In this document: positions 11,320 through 23,282 of the stretch, in pieces
Layout of the letters: each line of letters begins with the position of its first letter
Numbering within the stretch: the first letter of the stretch is position 1
The notes under the pieces: model-generated
What the model was told of the DNA's origin: nothing
The model's input: only the letters and a program-made list of their open reading frames with translations
Databases searched by the model: none
Source of the DNA: Paecilomyces variotii
Lineage: Eukaryota
Assembly (NCBI GenBank): GCA_004022145.1
Contig: RCNU01000002.1
Reading direction: 5' to 3' (one strand)
Length of the DNA stretch: 64,000 nt
Made by a program: the position numbers and the translations under genes

Positions 11320-12186
11320 ATGGCTTCCAGAATCTTTGTGATACGCCATGGTGAAACTGAATGGTCCAAGGAAGAGCGCCATACGGGATCTACCGACATT
11401 CCCTTGACGGAAAGCGGCGAGCAGGAAGTCAAAGCTACTGCGAATGCCTGGGTAGGCCAAGGCAAGTTAATTCAGCCAAAGAATATTTGTCGGGTGTGAG
11501 TATACATACATTTTAAACGTATCTCGGAGGCTGACTACGCTATAGCTACTGCTCGCCTCGTGCGCGAGCTCGTCAAACGCTAGACCTCTTAGGCTTGGGC
11601 ATTGATTCTGGGTCTATCTCTTCCGTGACGCCGCATCCGACCCTCTGCGTCACTGAGAACTTGCGGGAATGGGGATACGGCGATTATGAGGGCCTCACTA
11701 TAGCAGAAGTCCGGAAGTTGAGAAACTCAAGGGGCCTCGATAAGGACCGACCATGGAACATTTGGAGAGATGGATGTGAAGGTGGAGTGTAAGGGCTTCA
11801 CTTGTAGAAACAGATCCGGTTTATTCAATAGACTAACCAATAATCCCCTCAAAGATCACCAGAAGCTGTCTCTCATCGACTAGATGAGCTGATCAAGGAC
11901 ATGAAGCGATTCACTAAGGGACCACAAGGAAGAGAGAGAGCCCCCGATATTGTTTGCATCGCCCATGGCCACATTCTGTCTGCCCTAGCGCTGAGGTGGG
12001 CTGAACAACCATTGTCGCATGGAATGAGGTTTTTAATTCAAACGGCTGGAGTTGGAATCCTTTGGTAGGTTGCTTGCTTCTCTTGTAATGATCGTTGCTA
12101 ATTATAAAAGCTTTGAACATGATGACCTGAATGAGCCTGCTGTTCTCCTTGGAGCTTCAGGACGGCACTGGACATCTCGTGGCTAG
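11320..12186 (+). CDS. Phosphoglycerate-mutase-superfamily phosphatase, sedoheptulose-1,7-bisphosphatase (SHB17)-like, 4 exons
   Basis: IRHGETEWS, TGSTDIPLT, SPRARARQT, LREWGYGDYEG, RGLDKDRPWNIWRDGCEGG, AHGHIL and FEHDDLNEPA closely match the yeast Shb17 pattern. TAG at 12184-12186. Confidence 0.88.
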
Positions 12187-12897
12187 ATATGGCAACTGTG
12201 TCTTCTCATAGGTATCTTGAGTATCCAGTTTACTCGTGATAAGTCTAGGTAGCCATTGTGGAGATGTATTTGTTTTATATGTCGACGCCAATGACTATAG
12301 GCTAGGAAATAATGAATGTGTGGAATCTCCTGTCCTTCATAGATTGTTATCTATACCATGATATACAACTTTTTCCCAGTTTTAACACTTCACAATATAT
12401 CCCCTGTTCCATGGTCAAATAATTGGGATATAATAATCAGCTTCCACGAATATTTGACCAGGACATTTATCTCACGCCGACTTCATTGACTCTGTCATAT
12501 GGAGGCATAATTGGCGTATTTGACTACCTGACGCGTTCTTTTAATGTTTATGATCTCAATGAGAGCGGGAAACTCGTCGGTTAATAGTGTGCACCTTTCT
12601 ACAAAAACAGAATTGAGTCGAGTGACCTCGTATTGTTTAGGTGGTCGACCAATTATGAATAAACCAAACGCCATATTCGTATGGCGATGCAGCAGATTAT
12701 TTATTCTACCCATTATTTTCCACGTCCAACACTGAAAATGATTTCAACTTTCACATACTCGTGAGCTAAAGGTCATATGCTTGTAGGTAGCTACTGGGGC
12801 CATTAAGCTTGTCCATACCCAAATTAGAAGAATAAGTTAAGGTACGAAGTTCGAGCGAAGAAATAGCGGTGAGTAGATAGAAGTCGTATTTCCATCG

Positions 12898-13786
12898 TTA
12901 TTGACTACCAGCCTTCTTCTCCATTGATTTCCATGTGCCGTGAAAGTGGCTTATGAGTTCAAGAGCGGATCTAAGATATTGTCAGATAACATCCGAAAAG
13001 AAACTGGGAAGTTTAGTGGTAGTAACCTTCGATCTTGAAGCTGCCCACATAGAGCTACTTCGTTTGGAGGCTTTCCCTCAGGGATCTTATACAAGCAATA
13101 CCAGTCTTTGAGCTTTCCCAAGAACTCTGGTAGATGAACCTCTACGTCCGATATATCGGTAAGCTTGCTTGAGAGGGAATCGTTGATATCAACGGCAATT
13201 ATCTTCCAGTCTGTTTGCCCTTGGTCCAAGATGGCTATAGCTCCAAGGACCTTCACCGTCTTGACTTCACCGGGGTAAGCGGGTTCGTTCCCAATCTCAC
13301 AGACATCCAGAGGGTCGTCATCTCCTTGTACACCGGTTTTACCGTCGAGTATGTCGGGACTTTCGTAAGTCTAGATTGAGGATTAGCAGTTAGGAACATA
13401 TCCGACCTTTTCCAAGTCACGTTTTACCTGGGGAAATGCTCCATAGTTGCAGGGATATCCTTTGAAGGGCGGTATATCTGCAAGGTATCTTAGACCACCG
13501 TGGTTGGTATCTTGTTTGATGGGGTTGTAGTCTTCCTCTTTGGAAATCTAGAGATTTCGTAAGCTAACAACATCGTGACACTATTTTCAGAGAACGCGCC
13601 AACCTCCAGCTTCGCATTTGTTCCTTTGGGAATTTCAACGACCATATTTAATAGGCCATTTGCTTCATTGGCGTACAGAGGAATATCATGCCATGGTGAT
13701 ATGCGACGGCCCTTCTCCTCAAAGAAGATACGAGAACCAGTGGGTTCTTGTTCCCCAACCACCTTAATATCATACCTATTATGCAT
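12898..13786 (-). CDS. Soluble inorganic pyrophosphatase, family I (Ipp1-like), 4 exons
   Basis: ISPWHDIPL, VVEIPKGTNAKLEIS, NPIKQD, NYGAFPQTYE, GDDDPLDVCEIG, VKVLG, LDQGQTDWK, YKIPEGKPPN. First ATG at 13786 (13813 is a TTG); TAA ends at 12898. Confidence 0.92.
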
Positions 13787-15089
13787 AGTCACATGCGTCA
13801 GAGTGAATGACAAATGGTTGAGGTGTTTTTTTCTTCAGCTTCTATGAGGATTGTCAACGGTGTGGTTCGAGGGGAAGTCCCTTTACTTATACAAGATAGC
13901 GGGTGCAGCTCAAGGCTATGACGCAGTAATTGTCTGGCGCCTTCTTGGAACAGACAAATTAGTGGTTTTTTTTTTTTCTACGTCTTCCGACATAGGAGTC
14001 CGTTCCCGGGATCACGTATATACTGATACAGCGGAATTACGTCTGTCTTTGAGAAGAAGTTTTGCTTCCTATATTCGATATTTCTTTGTAGCAACGCACA
14101 TAATCTCTAAACATAATGCAAAACGCAAATACTTCATGCCTACTTGAAGCCGATAATCACTCGTCCTTTTAGACATATCTCCTTGGTCATGTTTTCGGTT
14201 GATATGTGGCTCCCGCCGTATCTCGAAACGGCAGCAGAAGGATGATACCTACGCTACGGAAATCATCTATTGCGGTGGCTGAGTGAGTTTACAGCACCGG
14301 AACCTGTTCAATATAGAGATGAAGAGAGAATGGATCGCCATGATCTTCAGGAGCGTCATCCTCGAATGCTTCGCGTCGGTAGAAGCGTAGTACCGTCCGT
14401 TCCGCTCGATCCGGCTCTTCCAGACAATGTCTCACAATCGTCGATTCGAGAATCGAGATATTAGTCTTTGCTTTGGCTAACTATCTCTACGTATCGAAAA
14501 GCCAGATCAATAATGAGGTCATGGCGTTCTATTTCCATCTTCATGGCTAGGTGCCATTTGACCTGGCATACAGCGTGGATGGTAGTACATAGTTATTAAC
14601 CGAGCTGTAACCTGAGTTGGCTCTTGCCTCGCACGAGGCTAAGAGTGCTCGAGCTAGAGGACTATATCGCAAATTTAAGAGGTTCTCGTGTAACATAAAA
14701 CCCTACAGTAGTACAGCAACGAATTAGCTTAGGGCTCTAAACGCCTAGGATAGACTTCAACTCGTATAGTCCTTAGATTAATGCAATCACTGACAAGCTA
14801 GTATACTGGACTTGTACTTCGTGCTCATTGGATGCATGCTGTGTTCAAATCACTTCCGAGCCAGAGTAGTACCGTCTCAAAGGCATACGCCGCCTTAAGC
14901 GTTCAGCCTGCGCCGTGTTTCGCATGGGGCATGCCAGTGAAAAGATTAGCCACAAGTCGAAGATCTCATCACATTTTTTGGGGGGTGACAGAATCGTGAA
15001 AGCGACATAGATGTAGTGGATAGTGATAGAGAGAGCTGGGTTTGCCGCACATGCCACTTTCATGATGAGTCCGAAGAAAAAAACCCCAT

Positions 15090-15914
15090 TTAAACCCTCA
15101 ATATATCCTTAGAATTTTTCACTTCCTCGACACCAGCATTCGACCTCGGAACGGGTCTTTTTATTGACGATATTTCATTGAACGAACTCGTTACCTCATT
15201 TAACTGTGCCTCTCTAAACATGCTGGTGAATGTACCTCTTGGCGTGTGGATCTCTCCAACCACTTTGAATCCAAATTTTGCGTATAAATGAACACCTGCT
15301 GGAGAAGATATCAAAAAAGAATCTCGCCCATGTGCATCTGCCTCTTCAGTTCCCCATTGTAGTAGGATGGAGCCAATACCTTGGCGCTGATATGCCGGGT
15401 TTACTGATATCATATTGAGACCTGCAAGAGATACTTAGAATCGATGCACACGAACTTCGTCATGATGAAACTTACGCCAGATATTCTTGCGATTTTCAAG
15501 GACCCTTTTCTTTTCGTCCCTAAACATTCTCGAGACGCCCACCCAGGTCTTCACATCCAACGTGCTCGGGTGCCAGTAATCGCGTCTTGGGCATTTATTT
15601 GGCTCTTCCCGCTCTTCTGAGACAGCTCCGATATTGGTGGTTTTTCCTTCGTGTGTAGTCTGTTCCAGGCTCCATCCGGCAAATCCAGCAGGTGTGCCGT
15701 CCTCTAAGCAGACCTTACGGAATCCTGCCGATCGCGTTTGGAGTGTCTTTTCTAAGCCCTCAATAGTCCACTTTATCTCTTCCTCCTCCATTTCTTCACA
15801 TGAGTGAGGAAACATTAGAAGATGTAACGGGTTGTCTCGCATTGCTGGAAAATCGCATTTTCGTACTAGGGATTCAGCATCATCAGCATTAACAGGAGAG
15901 AGTGTAAACTTCAT
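15090..15914 (-). CDS. GNAT family N-acetyltransferase, 2 exons
   Basis: Acetyl-CoA motif A VNPAYQRQGIGSILL and motif B SSPAGVHLYAKFGF; AGFAGWS strand; intron at about 15422-15476. Confidence 0.85.
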
Positions 15915-16243
15915 GGTGGCTAAGGATTAAAGATGAATCTCTCAAGAGATGATAACCGCGTGGGTATTGAAAGAAGTTGATCAGTGGGCTGGGTCGAGCA
16001 AGTTATCAGCATAGGTGACTTAGAAACAAGCTTAGGAGATGACAAAAATTCACAAATGGTGACTTGATAACCTTTACTAATTGAGGAAGTAAAGTAATAT
16101 TCCAAGGTTTGCCTTTATTGTTTTCAAATTAATAAGTTCCAAGTCCTTAAGCTGTGCTGAAGACACGTCCCGGTCTTGCTTAACTGTAGCACTGATATTT
16201 AAACCGTGGATAACTTAAGTAGCCGCACCGTCCGCCGTACTCA

Positions 16244-16258
16244 ACGCGTCCGACGCGT
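16244..16258. promoter_or_regulatory. Two MluI cell-cycle boxes (MCB, ACGCGT) upstream of MSH6
   Basis: ACGCGT at 16244-16249 and 16253-16258, about 200 bp before the ATG of an S-phase DNA repair gene. Confidence 0.7.
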
Positions 16259-16460
16259 GAACTCCGTCACGTCCCCTGGCAGAATAACTTACTTAGCTGA
16301 GCATGTCTACATCCAACTCCTTACGATGGGCTTTTCTCTCATATCTCTGTCTGGGGATTATAGTATCTATCCAACAAGTGTATACCGGTATCTCTGCTAA
16401 AGGCTTCTTTGCCCCTCCAATCTTCTAGTCCTGTACCATACTTAATCGTTTGCATCCGCA

Positions 16461-19400
16461 ATGGCGAAGGGAAACGGCGCCGCCTCTTCCCCGACCATCG
16501 CGACCACGCCCTCGTCAGGACCGCTCAAGCGAACCACGTCTAGTACGCAGAATATGAAGAACCAGAGATCCATTCTGGGCTTCTTCCAGAAATCCTCGCC
16601 CTCTACTCCGTCTACAGCACGAAATGCAGAGCCCGCCTCCTCTCCCGCAGAACGCGCGTCGGAGCAGCGAACGGCCAACAGCGCGAAGAGCCAGAAGAAG
16701 GGTCCTGCGAAAGTGTCGCATAACCTGACTCCAGTCCCAAGCAGTGATGCTCCAGAACCAGAAGATGAGACTGGCCAGAATTCTGAACAACTAAATGGCT
16801 CCACAACACCATCACGAAGAGTGAGTTTACCGTAACTTGGTCACAGCTCTAAGACAACGACATATGCTGATAAGACATTGACAGGCTAAGAAGGCTGTGA
16901 AATACGTTGAATCAGATTCTGAGGGCGAAGATGACGACGAGGCGATTTTCCGACCAACGCGAAAAGCTGGCGTTAGTGGCAAGACTGCAAAGAGGAGGAA
17001 GACCTCTCCTGAAAGCGAGGACGATTTCAAGGAGGACGGAGATGCAGGATACTCGGATGATGGTAGGCCCTGATCTGATGCCATTTCAGGTTGGCAAAGC
17101 TAAATTCGGCCATAGAGTTGGATGATTTCGTCGTACCGGACGAGTCAGACGAAGAGCCCAAGCCGTCGAAGAAGAGAAAGAGGCCCTCTATGCCAGCAAA
17201 AAAAGCTTCCTCTGAACCAGCACCACCTCCCTCCGACGGCGATCTTGATCTAGAGCTTCCGGATGCCACGTCAGGGGCAGCCTTGAAATGGATCTACGAT
17301 CCCGAAAATCCAGAGCCTAGAAAGGAACGGGAAACCACGACCGCACCGAAGCCAACACCAGAACAACGACGGGGCAAGGCTCATATGACGGAGCCAGAAC
17401 AGCGATACCCATGGCTTGCCAATATCACCGACATAGACCGAAATCCTCCGGGTCATCCTGATTATGACCCGCGCACCATTTATATCCCGCCATTGGCTTG
17501 GTCCAAGTTTTCTCCTTTTGAAAAGCAGTACTGGGAGATCAAGCAGAAGTTCTGGGACACTATAGTTTTTTTCAAGAAGGGAAAGTTCTACGAGCTGTAC
17601 GAAAACGATGCGACAATTGGTCATCAGCTTTTCGACCTGAAGCTTACGGATAGAGTGAATATGCGCATGGTTGGAGTTCCTGAAATGAGTTTAGACCATT
17701 GGGCAAACCAGTTTGTCGCCAAGGGCTTTAAGATTGCACGTGTGGACCAGTCTGAGTCTGCTCTCAGCAAGGAGATGCGAGAGAGAGACGATAAGAAAGG
17801 CGGAAAGTCTGCTAAAGAAGACAAAATCATCAAGCGCGAGCTCTCGTGTGTCCTCACAGCAGGAACTCTGGTCGACGGATCTATGCTTCAAGATGACATG
17901 TCTACGTACTGTGTTGCTATCAAGGAAGCTATTATCGACAATCATCCAGCCTTCGGGATTGCGTTCGTCGATACGGCCACTGGCCAGTTCCACTTGACTG
18001 AGTTCGTTGACGACGCCGATATGACAAAGTTCGAGACATTTGTCGCCCAGACAAGGCCACAAGAGCTGCTGTTAGAGAAATCGACCGTTTCCCAGAAGGC
18101 TATGCGTATACTCAAGAACAACACTGGTCCGACCACCCTCTGGAACCATCTGAAGCCTGGGAAGGAATTCTGGGAGGCCGACATCACGCTCAAAGAACTT
18201 GATGCCAGCGAATACTTTGTATCAGACGATAAGGACAATGTGGAAGCTTGGCCACCTGTTCTCCGAGACGCTAGAAACAAAGAGCTTCTCATGTCTGCCT
18301 TTGGTGCGCTGGTGCAATATCTGAGAATGCTGAAGATTGAGCGTGATCTAATCACCATCGGCAATTTTACTTGGTATGACCCGATTAAGAAGGCTACCAG
18401 TTTAGTTCTTGATGGACAAACTCTTATCAATCTTGAAGTCTTTGCAAACTCATTCGATGGAGGCTCTGAAGGGACACTATTCCAGCTCCTGAACCGCTGC
18501 ATCACCCCGTTCGGGAAACGTATGTTCAAGCAGTGGGTTTGCCATCCTCTTATGGACAAAAAGAAGATCAACGCCAGATTGGATGCGGTCGATGCCTTGA
18601 ATGCCGATCGTAGCGTTCGCGACCAATTCTCTTCACAGTTGACCAAAATGCCAGACCTGGAACGCCTTATTTCTCGTGTTCATGCAGGTAGCTGCAAGGC
18701 ACAGGATTTCGTCCGTGTCCTTGAGGGTTTCGAACAGATAGACTACACCATGAGCTTACTGAAGGATATTGGCGACGGCGAAGGTGTCATTGGTAAACTT
18801 ATTTCGTCTATGCCTGATCTAGCCTCCCATCTTGAGTATTGGAAGACAGCTTTCGACCGCAGCAAAGCAAAAGAGAACGGGATCCTTGTCCCCCAACCCG
18901 GTATCGAAGAAGACTTCGATGCATCTCAACAACGGATCGATGATATTCACCAAGATCTTGAAAATCTTTTGAAGAAGGCACGCCGTGACCTTGGTTCTAG
19001 CGCCATCTGCTATAGAGACAACGGCAAAGAAATCTACCAGCTTGAAGTCCCGATCAAGGTCAAGAATATCCCAAAGAACTGGGACCAGATGTCTGCAACC
19101 AAGCAAGTGAAGAGATACTACTTCCCGGAGCTGAGAAAATCAATCCGTCAACTGCAAGAGGCCCAGGAAACGCACAGCCAGATCGTCAAGGAAGTTGCTG
19201 GTCGTTTCTATGCCCGGTTTGACGAGAACTACGACACATGGCTTGCTTCCGTGAAGATCATCGCCCAGCTCGACTGCTTGATCAGCTTGGCCAAGGCGTC
19301 GGCATCACTTGGAGAGCCGAGCTGCAGACCTGTATTCGTAGATGATGAACGCAGTATTCTAGAGTTCGAAGAGTTACGCCATCCTTGCATGCTTCCGAAT

Positions 19401-20251
19401 GTGGGAGATTTTATCCCTAACGACGTCAAGCTCGGTGGAGAGACGTCAAATATCAACCTTCTCACCGGTGCCAACGCGGCTGGAAAGTCGACGGTTCTCA
19501 GAATGGTATGTCATCCCCGAATATCAAAGCCACACTTGTGATACTAATCCAATCTCAGACCTGCGTTGCTGTTATTATGGCACAGATTGGCTGCCATATA
19601 CCTTGTCGATCAGCCCGTCTGACGCCAGTTGATCGGATCATGTCGCGTCTTGGTGCAAACGACAACATCTTCGCGGCACAGTCCACCTTCTTTGTCGAGC
19701 TGTCAGAGACGAAGAAGATTTTGTCCGAGGCCACCCCCAGGTCTCTCGTTATCCTGGATGAATTGGGTCGTGGTACCAGCTCTTATGACGGTGTTGCAGT
19801 TGCGCAAGCTGTTCTACATCATATTGCGACTCACATTGGAGCTCTTGGCTTTTTCGCAACCCACTACCACTCCCTCGCTGCCGAATTTGAAGGTCATCCA
19901 GAAATCAGACCACGCCGCATGCGTATCCATGTTGATGAGGAGGAGAAGCGTGTCACCTTCCTCTACAAGCTGGAGGATGGTGTCGCTGAAGGAAGTTTTG
20001 GTATGCACTGCGCCTCCATGTGCGGTATCCCCAAGAAGGTTATCGACACAGCCGAAATGGCTGCCAAGCAGTGGGAGCATACTAGTCGCTTGACTGAAAG
20101 TCTCGAGCGCCGCAAAGGCGGCGGTCTTATTGGACTTGGATGGTGGAGTGATGTCGCCTGGGCTCTCCGCGAGTCCAAGGATGAAGAGACGTCCAATGGC
20201 ATCACTGAGAGAGGACTCGAGGTCCTCCGGAAGGCCATTGAAGCTCTCTGA
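16461..20251 (+). CDS. MSH6: DNA mismatch repair protein MutS homolog 6, 4 exons
   Basis: N-terminal PIP box QRSILGFF, FFKKGKFYELYE mismatch-binding motif, Walker A TGANAAGKST, STFFVEL, ILDELGRGTS, FATHY. Confidence 0.96.
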
Positions 20252-21233
20252 AGGGGCCAAACATTTGAATGATGTGCTCGGACGGTTTATTTCGTTGACT
20301 ATCTTGTTCGATTTTGCCATTGCTGTACAGCCCATAATATTTCGCTGGGGCATGGGGTCTGGAGTTCTATCGGGCATATATATTCCGACGTGCCTATTAT
20401 CTTTTCGTATCGTGTATCTTGACAAGATTGATGTTTCGGTTGGTACAATATGTGTATATGGAACAGATATAGGGCTATAATTAACGTTAGATCTGGTATC
20501 TATATTTATTGTTTCTTCCACGAAAATACCCAATATCTATTATCCATTCAAGTTCTGAGTAACTATCTATCCTTCTCGCCATTTTATATTCATCGATGTC
20601 CTATTGTCTAGTCTCGAAAGACAAATAGTGTAGGAAGAGTGAGAGACGCGATGAATGCGAGCGCAGCAATGCGATGATGTGTGGTAACCTAGTCTCACTT
20701 TCATCTTCTTGTTTATCAAACGAGGAGGCTTGGATCCTACGATAAAATAGAAAAGCGAGATTGAAAAGAACTAAGACTAAGGTAGCAAACTTTGTTTTCT
20801 TTTGGTTTCTGATTTATTTTCCCGAAATCTTTTTCAAGAAAGGAGGATACCCGATTCCATCGATCCCACCCAATCCCAATTCCCAAGTTACATAAAAGCC
20901 AGGCTTAGTTATTCTTGTGACGAACCACAAAAAGATATGAGAAGGGGAAAAAAGTGAGGGATTCAGATCACTCCTTTAATGCCAAATAAGATGAGGGATA
21001 ACAACGCAAAGACGACAAAACGGGGAAGTTCCCGACAAAACTCAAGTGAGAGCTGGATTACATGTCGTGTGTGTGTGATTGGAAAGAAAAACAGAATTCA
21101 GGCCTTCAGGACCGCACTTGTAACTCGGTAGATAAGAGTAGACCAGGGGATAAACGCATGATGATCGTGTAGAGGCACTCTAGAAGAGTGAAGTGGCCAC
21201 GATAACATGATCCGATGCTCTTATTGAGTAGGT

Positions 21234-21993
21234 TTAGTTCCCTTCGCTCTTGAGGAATCTGTCCAGATCAGCAGAAAGAGCGCGGTCTTCCGCATCGAGC
21301 TCGAGAGACGGCAAGGGGTTGCCCATGTCGTCAAGAGTTTCGTGCTTGCCGGTCTCCTCAGCTTTGACCTTGGAGGTTTTGGTGGTCCTATAATCGATGT
21401 AAGCCATATTGATCTGTGGTCAGAGTGGAAGAGCGTAAACTCACTTCTTAGGGCTGCCAACCTTGACGGCAGTTCCCTTCTTGCGTTGACGCTTCGGGGT
21501 GGGAGTCGGGGTTTCGTCGAGATCGTTCAACTGAGCATCAGTAGGGAGATTGCTGTCAGGGGTTTCGTTGTTGTCGGTGATGGCAGGAGTGGCCTTCTTG
21601 CGTTTAGGGGTACCCTTCTTCGAGGCGGGAGTAGCGGTGGATTCGTCATTTTCCCCTTCATTTGCAGCGAGGGTTTTGGACTTTGCGCCGCCAGTAGTAG
21701 CAGAGGCGGAGGAGTCCCCGTGCAGTTTGAGCAGCTTACGACGGGCACCGTTGTAGACGGTAGCCGCTGAGTCTTTAGTCTTGTACCCGCCTTTCTGGGC
21801 AAGAAGCTGGTAATCGACCTGCAAGGAACGAGATAAGCATCATTCATAAATATGGAGAGGTCATCAGAGCTTTATCACATAGCGGACTGACCTTGCCGTC
21901 GGTGGTCGAGACCATGCCGAGGATCAGAATCTTCGCCTCACTCGCGGTGAGACCGAGGACAAGCTCATTCTTGGCAGTAGACGGAGAAGACAT
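21234..21993 (-). CDS. Hypothetical protein: short helical N-terminal domain plus Lys/Thr/Pro-rich disordered tail (probably nuclear), 3 exons
   Basis: ATG at 21993 (CACCATGTC context). KVDYQLLAQKGGYKTKDSAATVYNGARRKLLK followed by TPKRKK and TPKRQRKK. Canonical introns; TAA ends at 21234. Confidence 0.7.
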
Positions 21994-22364
21994 GGTGGTA
22001 GATCTTAATGGCACGTATGATAATGGAATAGGTGTTTGCTTTGAAGTTACCAAGGGACGACTCTTGAAGGATGGTGATGGTACCAGGTAGCTTGTGAGGA
22101 AGAAGAGGGGTGATGAAGTGAAAAATGAGCAGGGAGGAACACCACGAGAAAAAGGCACAAGAAAGTAAACAAGCCATTGTCAGTGAATGAGAGCCCTAGG
22201 GATCTTCCCAGTTCCGGAATCTCACAGAAGAGTGCGGCTGGGAGAAAAGCGGATCCTGTACATTCACATAAGGCCTGCAGAGCTGCACGCAGATTTACTA
22301 GAACAACCTTCTTGAAGATTTGAAACCAGATAAGGGTATCAATATTTCGTACATTGCATGATTA

Positions 22365-23282
22365 TTAGTTCTTCTTTGATGGTACATTCTTTTGAATCTG
22401 GTTGTACACATGTTCCCAGATCTCCGGATAAAAAGTCGATGTCGACTTCGCAGGTTTGCTCTTCTCCGTCGTGTAAAATTTGCGGAGAGTACTCAACTGC
22501 CACCAACGAAGCGGCGCTGGGTTCTGATTTCTGAAGCTGACCGGTCGTAGTAGCTCCTTGTCCGGAACGAGATCGGCAAGCCGTACCTCCGTCTGTCGAG
22601 GGATGGTGGTGAACTTCATCGTGTTGAGATAGAGCGTCGCGCTTGGGGGAAGATTTTTGGCGTATTCAATAGCCGTTTCCCTGGACTTTCGAGCCGCGAC
22701 TGGCAGAGCAAGATGGATATAATTCACGAATGGCCCAGAGGTATAGGCCACAAAGAGTAGAGGAAGAGCTCCACCAATAACAACTATCTCAATCAATCAG
22801 CCATGAACGATGGCCCATCGAATACGGAGACCACGTACCAGCTGGAGCAATATACCACGGGAAATCCGAAGCAAAGAAGGCCGGAGCAACGACCAAGCAC
22901 GAGACTCCGAAGATGAATATCGTGGTGATGCGGAGCATTCCCAGGAAGATTGTCTTTCCCGTTCCTCCATGGTATATCAAAATCCTCTCTGGTGGCCCTA
23001 CAATCCTCTGTCAGCGCCCATTGCTCATTGTGACTGCATCTCGAACCTCATACCTCGCCTAACTGTGGTTTTTGCGTGAGTTGCCGGAGTCGGAGGGGAA
23101 GGGCGCGGAGCTGCAGGAATAGCATTGCTTGTCTTTGTGGGAAGTGCTGACTCTTTAGGAGCTCGAGGGACTCTTGTAGTCGTCTTTAAGCGGAGGAATA
23201 AACGGCTGTTGAGATCTCGTCGCACCCATCGGGGCAAAGACGACATCCGCAGTTGCGGATGGAAGAGAATCTGCGGTCTCAT
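22365..23282 (-). CDS. Conserved hypothetical mitochondrial membrane protein (two TM segments; possibly TMEM70/186/223-like), 3 exons
   Basis: Arg-rich, acid-poor N-terminus; ERILIYHGGTGKTIFLGMLR; two hydrophobic helices; PFVNYIHLALP. Confidence 0.7.

Noticed and set aside
12420-12800. Possible RIP-degraded reading frame between the SHB17-like and PPase genes
   Set aside because: Stop density is about what random sequence gives, and the peptide is unrecognisable.
1-16240. Calling the left block a Starship or other mobile element
   Set aside because: No tyrosine-recombinase captain, transposase, TIR or target-site duplication is visible in this window; kept only as a hypothesis in findings.
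17271-20533. Long minus-strand ORFs opposite MSH6 (e.g. 17942-18646, 19814-20533)
   Set aside because: Antisense shadows of a codon-biased gene; no recognisable motifs.
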